In this document: positions 1-13,000 of the stretch, one piece after another | Numbering within the stretch: position 1 is the stretch's first letter | Layout: each line of letters begins with the position of its first letter | From: Saccostrea cucullata | Taxonomy: Eukaryota | Direction: 5' to 3' | Assembly (NCBI RefSeq): GCF_032062105.1 | Contig: NW_026919734.1 | Location: forward strand, 1 to 64,000 | DNA: 64,000 nucleotides | Translations under genes and position numbers: made by a program | The notes under the pieces: model-generated | What the model was told of the DNA's origin: nothing | Databases searched by the model: none | Seen by the model: only the letters and a program-made list of their open reading frames with translations

Positions 1-797
1 ATTTCATCATAAATGGTTGATTAATACCAAAGAGCAGATTTCAAAGCATTAATTTATTTTCAGACTATTTACCCCCCCCCCCCCCCGATACCCTTGACCC
101 AGGGGGGGCATGAAATTAACCATTTTGCTAGATGCACCTTTCTTCATCATAAATATATATACTTGGATCATTAACATAATACCCAGGAGCAAAGGAAAAG
201 ATTTTCAAAGAATTAATGTATTTTTTTTACAGTGTATATCATCAAAAGAGCCCCCCCCCCCTCCCCCTTTACACCAAATGGCAAAACCTCTGACACAAGG
301 GCCATGAAATTCCCAATTTTGAAAGAAGCACTCTTGCTCATCATAACTATGTACTTACATGTAGTAAGTTAATTTAATACCCAGGGGAGAAAATTGTGGA
401 GAATTTATGCATTTTCACTGTATAATCAAAAGAGTCCAGCCCTAACACCAGAACCCCTGATCCTGGGGCCATGAATTTCACAATTGTGGCAGAGGACTCA
501 ATAGACATTACATTCATGCTAACAGTTTGTCTGCTTGATGTCCAGGAGTAAAGAAGATATTTAAAGATTTCATTATTTGTAGTGGTTTTGCCACACCCCC
601 CAGGCCCCAGGGGGGCAGGGAGTCAGGGACCTTGCAATTCAATATTTTTGTTCCCCTCACCCATAGATGCTGTATACAAAATTTGGTTGAAATCAGTTCA
701 TCGGTTTCAGAGAAGAAGCTGAAAATGTTCAAATGTGTACACACGACGGACGAAAACGGATAGCATTTGGTCACCTGAGTGACTCAGGTGACCTAAT
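1..797 (-). mobile_element. Non-autonomous Helitron/HINE-like element with internal ~170-bp tandem repeats (truncated by window start)
   Basis: Terminal palindrome GGTCACCTGAGTGACTCAGGTGACC at 769-793, preceded by a GACG/GACGGA microsatellite. The motif CCCCTGACCC-GGGGCCATGAAATT recurs about every 170-190 bp. It mirrors the element at 9476-11247. Confidence 0.75.
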
Positions 798-1447
798 ATA
801 AACGAACTCTGGTAAATAATAACATAGCAAAAGTTAACTCAGGTGGGTGATGTGTTGATATGCAACTGTAAACCTAGCTATGTTTACAGGTAAATAAACT
901 CAGCTATAACTCAGCGTCGGCTGTAACTTTAACGTGCAGATTTTTACAGGTTAAATAAACTTATTTATTACAGTCAAAAATGGATATTTTAACAAGTAAG
1001 ACACTGGTAATTAACTCAGCTGTTCTTATTAACGTATATACAGGTTAATTTGTACGATATTTTTGTACCATGGCTTTCTTTTGCGGATTGCTCTTTGGCG
1101 AAATAAAATTACGCATTTTCGACATGTACATATATTTCCAGGTTCCTTTCTGACCAATTTTTGTTTGGAGAATATGAGAGAAGAAGGGCTTTTCATGCAA
1201 AGATGTAAACAGCCTGCTGAAAAAGAGAAAGTCTAAGATGGACACGGAATTGTGCCCATTAAATGAATTTCAGGTAACTTACTTTAATACACAAAAGATA
1301 GTAGAAAACGAAAATATTTGTCAAAAGTATACTTTATAGGAAAAAAAATTAAAATAAAAAAAGGCTCATCTGAAAATAAGGACACAGTCCTTAAAATACC
1401 AATTAAAGACTAAGAAAAAGCTTAGGATTTGTTTTTTTTTTATCAAA

Positions 1448-1885
1448 CAAGAGACCCATGGTCCAACACGCTCACAGGAGTAAATTTGACCCTGTTGTTC
1501 CTCTCAAGATTTATCTCTTGTTATACGTATTGAAAACTCACTCTACCCACAGGTAAATTTGAACAATTCAAAAATAGCATTCCAACAGGAGGTTTTTTTT
1601 ATAATAAACTTTTCTTCAGTGTTTCTTGAGATTATTTAATGACGCAGCCATATTTTTGTTTATTTGATAAATATTTTAATTTAGAAGGGGGTGGCCCTCT
1701 ATTTAAATTCTTTCCTTCCCCCTTGGATGCCCTGGACCATCTTTGGGTAAAAAGTCAAAGGTTTTTTAAAAGAAATTGAAAAGTTAAAATTTATAGACGG
1801 AAGGACAGACATAGGAAAACATAGCTAGACGATCGACAGGCAACGTGTGATCACACAAGATCACTTGAAATTTCAACTGAAAATC
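1448..1885 (-). mobile_element. Short degenerate HINE-like element
   Basis: Starts AACAAGAGACCCATGG...CGCTCAC, has a GACGGAAGGACAGAC microsatellite near the other end, and ends in a degenerate ...GATCACTTGAAATTTCAACTGAAAA terminus. Confidence 0.5.
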
Positions 1886-1986
1886 ATTAAGTTTTAGGGA
1901 AAATGGCGAACATGTATGTTTCTATCTGACATTCTTTTACCTTCTTTTACATTCTAACTTTTCAGCTAATAACTTTTTTAGATTTT

Positions 1987-4900
1987 CTATCTAAAATTAC
2001 TTTCATTTTGATGGTGCCTTTTGCTCTTGTCTTTTTTCCTAGATTTGAAAAGTTTCTTAATATATGAAGAGGAAGAGAAACTCAGAAAGAGAAAAAAACC
2101 TTGGGAAGAAGTCAACATAGTGACGGCAAAGGAGAAAATTGAAATTTGCAAGAAACTGTCTATAATCTGTAGGATCCAGACAGAACCGGTCAGACAAAAG
2201 AGTTTGGTAAAAATAACCAGTTCTGACCTGTTCTCTCTGGATTTCTGAAGATTTTTGTCCAGATTTATATTAAGGACGGTGAGAATGTACATGATGGTGT
2301 TACAAACACAGGTCAACAGGAGAGGGACTATAAAGGTTACAGTGTTTTGTATAAAGCGTTCAACAAAACACACTCTGGTGCCATAACCAATGCTGCCTTC
2401 AAAAAAGTAGGACAAAAGGACATTAGTGGACAAGGCAACAAATGGAAACATGTAGCTAAAGGTTCTATACTTGACTAAAATCTTGCTTACGTTACCATCA
2501 TGTATTAAACCACCAAATGTTCTAAAAGTTATAAACATGTGGTAACAGCATATGAATAGGCAGCAACACAGCCAAAAGTAATGTAACAAAACTCCACTTA
2601 TCTGACAAGAGAGGGTATCCTTGTGCAAAACATTGGCTATACGTTATACGTTATACGTTAGCTGCATACATATGAGTGAAAATGTGGTACTCATCACATT
2701 TAGCCCAGGAATCGTTCGCAAAGCGGGGAATTTAAGGTATATAACAAATAATAGGACCAAAGATAAGGTGCTGATGGCATTCAGAATGTTTGTTAAGGTT
2801 TCTAATATCTCGGAAATTCCTAATGCCTTCAAAAGGACAAAATTATTCTTGATGCAGACTCTAATTTTGTCATTGTAATCCATGACATATTCTCCAAGAT
2901 GAAAAACTTCTGTGGTGTCATTGGCAATGATACGATAATGCTTGAAATCAAAGTGAACATCATGGACATTAAAAACGCGCTGAGTGCATAATAATAATGG
3001 ACAAACCATCATAAGGGCGGGAAATTACAACGAATTCATCAGATTTTTTTAACAAGTGGAAGTCATTTTCTGGTATTAATTCAGACTGTGTTAGTGTTTC
3101 ACTTATATTGCAAAAATTTATGCCTTTTAAGACGAACGAAATTCTTTAAGAACCATCTAGAGTGTTATTTATCATAAGCAGTTGAGGAGTTTGCAGAAGA
3201 AATGTTTTCAATAGTTTCTCTAAGAAATGGCTTTATGTTATTAATACATAGCAAAAAATATGTAAAGTAGCTTGCAGCTCAAAATGAATATATTCCTTGC
3301 TGATAAACTTTGATCTCTTGCGGACGGGCAAGAAGATAAAACTCTTGAACTTCACAACCATACATAAAACTGGAATTTGATATTACTTTAAAAACTGCAG
3401 ATCTCACTTTGGTTAAAACAAGTTCTGTATCATTCATAAGCGATGATATAATAAGACTACATCGAATATATAGGTCATACTTCATAAAGCTGGGGGCAGC
3501 GATGATAGGTTTGCAAGATCCTTCCAATAATATTCGCCCCGGAAAGCAGATATGATCTAAAGACTGGAGAATATAAACAAAACTAACATCAAACTACAGG
3601 AGGGATAAACGAAACAAAGCTTTTATATTCTTTTATCAATTTTTCAAAAACATCATTAGAGTCTACAAATTGCAAGTAACTTCCATCTCTGTCAAGAGAT
3701 ATATCCCATTCCAAAATGTCTCACAAGAAATAAGATTGTGAAATATAAAAGTTCTAGCATCATCTGTTCAAAAGTTAGACCAATGATACATTTTTTGAAA
3801 GGTAGGTCAAACTCCAAGGTCAAAGGGTCAAAATTGTTGGTTTCTTAAGAAAGGTCTTGTCAGGACAAATAAATCTCTCATTAACTGGATGAAAGCCTTT
3901 GTGCCCGATAATCCGAGTATGAACGCATTCTTCTGAGGAACTTTTTAATACGAGTTATATTTACAAAAGAACAAAAAACGTTTCTATAAGGATAGACAAG
4001 ATCATGATATTGTTCAATTGGCAATGATAAACATGCATCCTTATAAAACACTTGCTTAGTATTGGATTTCGTACAACCAGGCTTTATCCCATAATTCCAG
4101 TGAATTGTGATGACATGCAAAGCTTGCATAATTCATGTTTATTCCTGCAAGCAGTTAAAGAAGGCATGTGACTTTTATTTTTATACTCCCATTTTTCAAC
4201 TTTGTTAGTTTTAACTTTTTCATCTGACGTTTTACATTCATTGATTGCTCCTGTAGTTTTCATTTTCTCCGTTGAACACGTAACGGCATCTTTAAAATTA
4301 TATGTAACGTCACATTTGTGGCCTGTTCAAAAACCTGGCTAAAGTGAATTAAAAAATCAAACTGTAATAAACTATCACATGCAATGCTGATGTCGAATAT
4401 TCTATATGGATCCATAACAAGAGAATTGTTTGTAATAGTATAATTGGTATTACAAAGGAAACAGAAAACATTTTTGTAGGTAACTCCCTTTGATAATACA
4501 AACAAGTCAAAGTCATCCAATTCGCCCTCACATAGTCTCTTGATCTTTTGTTGGTTTATGATGTTTGCAGCATTAATTCGCCGCTCATAGCATACACTTA
4601 TGACTTGTACTGTGGTTACTTCCTTATTAGAAATATAACTCAAAAAACTTTTGCATTACTGACACAACCAGTTGGATGAAGCAACGTTGTATCCAAGCAA
4701 CAGCTACAGGGATTTTTGAATAAACACGCAAAAGAACAGTCACAGTTTCTTAAGGTAATGTTTTTTGTATTTTTTGGCAAGATAGTTCGGTCACAAATTC
4801 GATGTGGATGCAGCGGCCATTTCGAATAGAAAAGGTTCGAACTGATCTGTAATGTTTCCAGTTGAGTTGGCAGGATCTGTGGTTAGGTTCTCTGTCGGTT

Positions 4901-6002
4901 TCGCATTTATGATCTTGTTGATAAGTGATTTTTCATTGAATTCATTGTTGTAGAATTATAACCGTCGTCCTGTCAACATTATATCCCTGTCTTCAAAACT
5001 TTCATCCACATCACTAGAAAGGTGAGGAAAAACATATTTTTGGCCTCATCGTTTAGGTGAGGAAGATTTCCGGTGTCTTTGGATGTTGGAATGTTACAGG
5101 CAAAACAATAAAAATTTCGATATGGATATGTCAGATTTGACACCGGATTATCCTGACACAACTTTTGTATTGTTTTCGAAACTGATTTTGGACAAGTATT
5201 GATAAAATTCTGAACTCTTTTGATGCTTTTCAGTTTGCACAAGTAACAAAAGAAAAAGATCTCGTTCACATAGGTTTAAGAGCACGCCAAATGAAGGTCT
5301 TCATCACCGGGACAAATTTCTGTTATATATTCATCATCTCTTAAATAGAAAGGGATTAGGATATCATTGAGACTTGCTGGAGGGATAAACGAAACAAAGC
5401 TATTGTATTCTTTTATCAATCTTTCAAAAACATCATTAGAATCTACAAATTGTAAGAAACTTCCATCTGTCAAGAGATATATCCCATTCCAAAAGGTCTG
5501 ACTTCTTTTCACCGTTACACAAGGCACAGTGGATATTGTAGTACGTGTAATTACTCACTAAGGAGGTCACGAACGCTCTGTCTTTAATAGTGTAAGCAGG
5601 GTTCTGGCATTTCTTAGATTTTCTGCAAAATCTGGACAAGTATCAACCACGTGATATTTGGGAGGTTCTAAATGTTTGTTCTTCAATGACCCTTGGAAAA
5701 CTGCGTCACGGAATCTTGTCAATTTCCCTTCGAAAAATTTGTCTGGACAACATCTGTTTATTTGAATGCAGTCATCCTCACAAAAACATGGCGGACAACG
5801 TGACGGCATTGAATACTCGTACCCTGTTAATCCCGGCCAGTCTTTACAAAGGCCTCTCTCTCCGCAAGAATTGATATATATACCCATAAGTCTTGTAAAG
5901 TTTAGTTTTGCACATGTACAAAACATATGTGTGAAAATTGACATGTGTCATAAGGTACATAATGTCTTCAATGTTGTTGAGCAAACTGAAAGTTAGAATC
6001 AT
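1987..6002 (-). pseudogene. Methuselah-like / adhesion-type family-B GPCR with Cys-rich (somatomedin-B-like) ectodomain repeats, disrupted
   Basis: 7TM_2-type C-terminus (LLHYFWL, GYGTRVCFV, FIVPLLL, KLFCLTG, SSQGFFLFL) in ORF 1987-2628. TM1-2 (LFVIYLKFPALRTIPG) lie in ORF 2644-3012, same frame, separated by an in-frame TAA. Ectodomain motifs CPPCFCEDDCIQINRCCPD and repeated Y[RK]NxxCxxCN are scattered over several overlapping frames (frameshifts). The 5' end is approximate. Confidence 0.75.
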
Positions 6003-8566
6003 TGGTTTGTAATGAAAACTAGCATCTGCAGTATTTTATACTACTTCTACTCTAAATCCATTCATTACTTTCAAATGAAAGTACAATAAACAACAAACAC
6101 ACCATTTGGACATAGCAACTCTAGCTTTACATTGTGCAGTGTACATAACATATGCAAAATATGAAAATCAATTTGTATATACAAGTTGATGTTGGATTGA
6201 ATCAATCATGATAAAATTTAAACTTTTTCGTGCTCTACGTGTCGTCCTAAAGTGGTATTTAAACCACTATTCACCTCTTATATAGCCTTGCTAACGAGAC
6301 CGGTTCTAAAGAACCACGTGATATACACCAGGTATTCGAATGAAAACCTTGTAATTCCGAAAAAGTAATTCATTATCACACCAAGTAGAAATTGATTTCT
6401 GTCTAATTCGTTCCTCAAACGATAGAAATCATATATATCTTTAGTATTTGATGAAATTGTTCACAAAATCAAAATGAATCATTTGTTTCATGTCACCGAC
6501 ACGCGTAGATTTTATATAAATAATTGCCCTTTTGAACAAAATACTGATTAAACTAAATTATTTTATTTACATTAAAAATTTGTCTCTTAGATACTTTGAA
6601 AAAATATTCTGTCAAGAACTGAAACACTTACCAATCAAAGAAAATACAAGTTTTGTTAAATCCCATACAAATGTCTATCAAAAATAACAAACTACTTTAA
6701 ATAGTATTAATTGAGACAAAAACATTTTCACTGTATGCGAAGAAAAGTATCAGTTACAGTCTAGCATATTCAGAGAATGTCTAACATATGATTGTAAATA
6801 TTAAAGTGCTTAAAATCGATTTATTTCTACTTCCTTCAGATTAATTCAACTCAATTGTTAACCCTGTATTATTAATTTTTGCCAAATGTCAACATGGCCA
6901 AAAAATATTTTTACAATTGCTCTAAAACTATGTGAGGTATAAAGTTAAAACTGTCACAGATTATAATTGTATCGTTGATTAACAGATAAAGAATAAATTG
7001 ATAACAAATACCTAAAAAATATTCATCGAGAAAAAAAAAACATTTAAAAAAAATAATAAATTCCGTACTTTAGAAAGTATCACTTGAATACAAATATTTT
7101 TTTTTTATTGTTCTAGAGCTATTGTATAAATAAATGCTTGATCCTCTTAACCTTTGGCAAAACCTTAATTTACATAATTGAACATTTGACCTCGGAACAT
7201 TGCGTCTATACCTAATCAGTACAAAACGAACATTGGGTTTAACCCACATGGAGATATTGTGTTTATTCAGCTCATTTACATATCGGCCATTAGAGCTGTA
7301 ATGGCTAAAGATTCTATTGAGGTTTATATTGAGAACGTACATCGCAAAATTTTATATACCAACAATTCTTCCACTGATCTTTAACGTAAATATGAAATCT
7401 GTCAATTAGTTTCGAAGTGTTTGAGAAAAATAGAAGTATATGCTAGCTGGACAAATGACCAACAGAAAGCTTAACTATTGCTATCTTCCGTGGGATATTT
7501 GCTTTTCGTAAATACATCTTACATATACCGAAAAAAACACGTGACCCACATCACTTCTGACTCCGAAGCGGTGAAAATCGGCTCCCCCATACGCTGAAAT
7601 CGACTCCCCCATACGTTTTAGCGACTCCTCCGCGTTACCCGTTGTATACGGTGGTTTACATCAACTAAACTTTTTTGGGAGGCTCACTTTTTGTTTTCTT
7701 CACTCTTTATACTTAAATTTGACACTTTAATACCTTGATTTTCTATGATGCTTTTCTATACCACACTTGTTGTTTCGGCCCGGTTTTTTCGCCCCTTACT
7801 CACAGATAGGCAAATTAATAACGGAAAATTCAAACAACAAACTGTAAATATAACTGGGCAAATTTGAAACTTGGCAAAATTGTCTGCACGTATCAAAAGG
7901 CAAAACAACTCTTTATATATTTATTTTACATTTTGAATATCTATCATGATTTACTTTCGCACTTTGATGTAAAAAGACGTTAGATGTATTATATTTTTAT
8001 TATAATGATATTTATAAAAGATATATGCTTTTAATTTTTTTTTTAATTTATGTCTTATTTTGATGCAGTTTTATGTTATCAATAAACTCTAAAAATGGAT
8101 TTGGAATGATTTTTATTTTTTTTTTTTTAATATTTGATGTTGAAACTTCTAATACGTATTAATATTTTGTAGACACTAGCTATGGTTTACAAGGAGACAT
8201 GATTCTGTTTGTAAATGAAACCTTACAACGGTTTCTTATTCTTCGATAGCCAAATCAGTAATAGTACATAAATTCTTCCATCGATTTGGAAATATCTTGT
8301 CATAAACATAAAAATATCACCATCACCAAATAATCTATAAAAAAAACCCATCGGTGATTTGTGAAGAGCACGAATTGTATTTATAATTTGTAATAATATA
8401 TACTTTATAAAATTCTTCTTCGACAATGTTTCTTCAATATTAACTTGTTATCAACACCATGTGATCTAGATGACTTTACAACTTAATTTTAAGAAACAAA
8501 TTCCACACTTTGTCTGACATTTTTCTAATCTTTAATTATGGTGATATTCACAGATGATCACAATCT

Positions 8567-10042
8567 TCAGACATCAATAGGTGGGTCACCATCGCAATGT
8601 TGTACTCTTATCTGCAATAATATAACAAAAATCTTTTTTTTTTTATAATTTCGAATTATGCAATTTCTATATAACTTTTTAAAATGACATCGATTTTCAG
8701 ATAAGTTCAATTAAATTCACATAGATTTCCAAATTGACATCATCTCATTCAACAAACACTAGATACTGATACCAGATTGAATAAAAACATAAACTTCAAA
8801 CAAAAGAACGCAACAATTAAAAAATCTTATAAAATTGATGGTAGGATGATGAATTATTAAAAAGTTGGATTTTCATAATTTATTCATTATCTTAATTTAA
8901 TTCAAACCTCATCTATAAATCCTTTAAAATTGTCAAATAAACCCCCAGCACCAATGACAAGCCCCGTCTGTCTCAAAAGAACCATTTCTGAAATAGATAA
9001 ACAATTAGTCGATCAGTCGATAGAGCGTTCGCTCGGACGGTCATGAGTTTGAATCTAAGTCGATAAAAAATTGATAGCAAATGTTCCTTCGCCATGCACT
9101 CGGCACTTTGAAGTGAAAGTTGCGGGTCTTTCGGATGAGACCTTAAAAACCAAGGTCCTGTAATTCGGCAGGTGTTGTTACAATAAAGATGCCTCACTTC
9201 TCAATGACCGCAGTTGCCGAATTATTGTCAAATTTGAAGCCCTTCACTGGTATATTCTGATATTTCTATATGAGTGAACAATTCTCGAATGAGACTGAAA
9301 ACGATACAATCATCAACTTATCTTAAAAAGACTTACCTTGAATATACTGCTTTCTGTTCTCTTTATTGAGGGAGAAGTTAATTACTGTCCCTTCACGATC
9401 AAAGCTCAACTTAACTTCATTTAATGTATCGTCCTACAGTAAATACCAAAACAGAGAAAGACATTGAAGACTATTTTAAGGTCACCTGAGTAAACTCAGG
9501 TGACCTATTGCTATCCGTTTTTGTCCGTCGTCGTGCGTCGTTCGTGGTGTGTTAACATTTGAACATTTTCAGCTTCTTCTCTGCATCCATTCAACTCAAC
9601 CAATTTCCACCAAATTTGGCATAAAGCATCTATGGGTAAAGGGGAACAAGAATTGTGAATTTCATAGTCCCTGCCCCCCTGGGGCCTGAGGGGCGGGATG
9701 AAAAGCACCAAAATTAATGCAATCTTTAAAAATCTTCTTTACTCCTGGACATCAAGCAGTCAAATTGTTAGCATGAATGTAATAACCATTGAGTCCTCTA
9801 CCAAAATTGTGAAATTCATGGCCTAGGGTCAGGAGGGGTTCTAGTGCTAAGGCGGGGCCATATAGATTATATAGTGAAAATGCATTATTTCTTAAAAATC
9901 TTCTTCTCTGCTCCTGTATATTAAATAAACTAACACAGTACATATTCATGATGAGAAAGAATGCCTTGTGCAAAATTGTGAATTTCGTGCATGGCCCTAG
10001 GGTCAGGGGTTCTGGGGCTAGGGTGGGGCTCTATTGATTATT

Positions 10043-10077
<35 letters not shown>

Positions 10078-13000
10078 TTCTGCTCCTAGGTATTAACTTT
10101 GTGCATAGTTATGATGAGCAAGAATGCCTCTACCAAAATTGTGAATTTTATGGCCCCGGGGTCGGTCAGGGGCTCCAGTGTTAGGGCGGGGCTCTATTGA
10201 TTATATAGAGAAAATGCAGAAATTATTTTAAAATCTTCTGCTCTGCTCCTGGGTATTAAAAGAATAAATTTTGTATATATTTATAATGAGCAAGAATGCT
10301 TCCTTCATAATTGTGAATTTTATGGCCCCAGGGGTCAGGGGTTCTTGTGCTAGGGCGGGGCTCTATTGCTTATATAGTGAAAATACATTATATTTTTGAA
10401 AAGCTTCTCTGCTCCTGAGTATTAAATAAACTAAGTATATAGTTATGATGAGCAAGAATGCCTCTTCCAAAATTATGAATTTTTATGGTCCCAAGGGTTA
10501 GGGGTTCTGATGTTAGGGCAGGGCTCTATTGATTATATAGTGAAAATAGATTATTTCTTTTAAAATCTTCTTCTCTGTTCCTGGGTCTTAGATAAACTAA
10601 CTTAGTACATAGTTATGATGTGGAAGAATACCTTTGTGAATTTTATGACCCCAGGGTCAGGGGCTCTGTTGTTAGGGCGGGGCTCTGTTGGTTATATAGA
10701 GAAAATGCAGAAATTGTTTGAAAATATTCTTTTCTGCTCCTGGGTATTAAGCAGATGAACTACCTATATAGCTATAATGAGCAAGGGCCATTCTTCCTGA
10801 ATTATGAATTTCAACGCCCCTGGGTCAGGGGTTACATGGGAGGGGGACTCTACTTATATACTGGAAATGAGTAAATTGATTGAAATCTTCTCCTTTTTAT
10901 TAACCAAATATTTTTGATAAGCAAGGGTGCCTTTTCCAAAATTGTGAATTGTGTGGACCAATAGTCAGGGGTTCATATATGGTAGTGGCACTATACTGAT
11001 TATTGCTGAATATTACTGAGAGGTCGAAATGCATTTTTTGTTCCCCTATTTTGTCTATGGGTATTAAGTAACCAAACTAAACATGCAAAGTGTATACATG
11101 TAGTTATGATTAGCAATAGTGCCTCTTTAAAAATTGTAAATGTCATGACATCTAGTTTAAAACATGAACCAAAGTCAATCTTTGTAAAGTTGTTGCATGA
11201 TGCTCAGGTGACCTATGAGGCCTATGGGCCTCTTTGGGTCTCTTGTTGACAATATTGTTAAAATTATTTGAAAAAAAAAAAAACACAGGGGAAATAGCAT
11301 TTATCTCAGAACGAAACTGTAGTGCAACTTTAACTAATTAACTGAAAGATGACTGAATGTCAACTGAAATATGACTGAATGCTTTAAAGCTCGCTCTGCC
11401 AATCAGTGACATTTCCAGCTAGATCTATCAGTTACCATTAAGTGAACTGAATGTTTAAGGTTTACTAGTATCTTGTGGTGTCCTAAGTTTTTACTTGATA
11501 TTTTGTTGGGTGCCACCATATATATGTGCCAGTGCCTGCAGTTTGTGTTTGAACCCCTATCACGTGGTTTATCCTGTCCAAAACAATGGCGACACTTGCT
11601 GTGCACGATTTGTAGTAGCAGTTAGAGAGAAGGGCCTGGTACTTCGTCTGTGTTTGTGGATTGTCAGACTGCAGGGCAAGGAACTTAATCGAAATCACTA
11701 GACTTCTGCAATATGGATTTAAAAAATCTGCTTTAGATGTAATTTATTATAGAGATATCGAACAGTAATCAAGCACAAAACTCCACTGAAGCGGTACAAA
11801 TCGGGAGCAGAGCGAAGAAAAACATTAAAACATGAAAGAATGGATCAGGTGCCATTTAAGACTAAGCCTCCCCTGTAATCCGTTACACCTGAAGGGAGTT
11901 ATATGTCATCGTGATATGTAATTTATTTTGAAGTGGTGAAAAGTTTTCCTGCATTGTCGTTAAAATCAAATGTAACATATACATTATCTGTACAATATAT
12001 TTTCACTCATTGAGCATCTAAATTTATGTACTGAATGTACCTTTCACCTTTCAATACGATGTCCTCAAATTTCGAATGTATAAAGCGATATTTTTTTTTA
12101 TTTTTCAGCATTATTATGTCAATATATCTATCAAAAATGCTATTGGATAATCATCACAAAATGACATCATACCTCCCCAAAGAGTGACTTACTCCTTAAG
12201 GTCATGACTTTTCAAAATTGTTTTTTTTTGCCATAACCCCTCCCACACCTCCTACTCCTTAAGGATCATGACTTCCCTTACTACTTTTCGGCCTACTACT
12301 TTGTACCATGACTCCTCTAAAAGTGGGTACCCCTTAAAAGTTCCCTACTCCTTAAAATCAGATGAACTTTCGATAGTTAATTCAATCGCGATGAGCTACT
12401 TTATTATTGTATAGGACATATTATCAAACCTATACTCAATGTTGGAGAAACGCCAAATATTCAGACAGCTGGAAACCCCGTCCAATTCCATCATGCCATC
12501 GTCTCTGCCGGAAATAACAACATTACGCTGCGCAACGTGGATATTGCGACTCGAGTAGTCTTTAAAGCCGTCAATGTTTCCATCCTCTCCTTTGTTAAAT
12601 TTCAGATAAAGTTCGTCTCGACAATCTGATGGCCAACATTGCAAAATAAAAAACAAACATTTTGGAAAAAAAAGTCCCCCCAAATAATTTATAAAGTAAA
12701 TGAATAATTGTAATGTATATTAAAATTTCGAAAGCTTCTTTCTATTTGTAATCTTGTAGACATTTTGTTTAAGTTTCGAAAAATCCAAAATAAAAAGAAT
12801 ATCACACAAGTTTAAAATAATCAGTGCATATCATTAGAAAACGTACAATTGGTACTGACGCTCGGACTCACAGATGTAGCTAATATTGGATTTTGAGTGT
12901 TGTGTTGTGTGCAGGCGCACGCTGAATGGTCAAAAAAGGATCCTGGTGCGCATGGGCGTGAAATATTTCGGTTGTGCACTTCCTCCAAGTATGATTGGCC

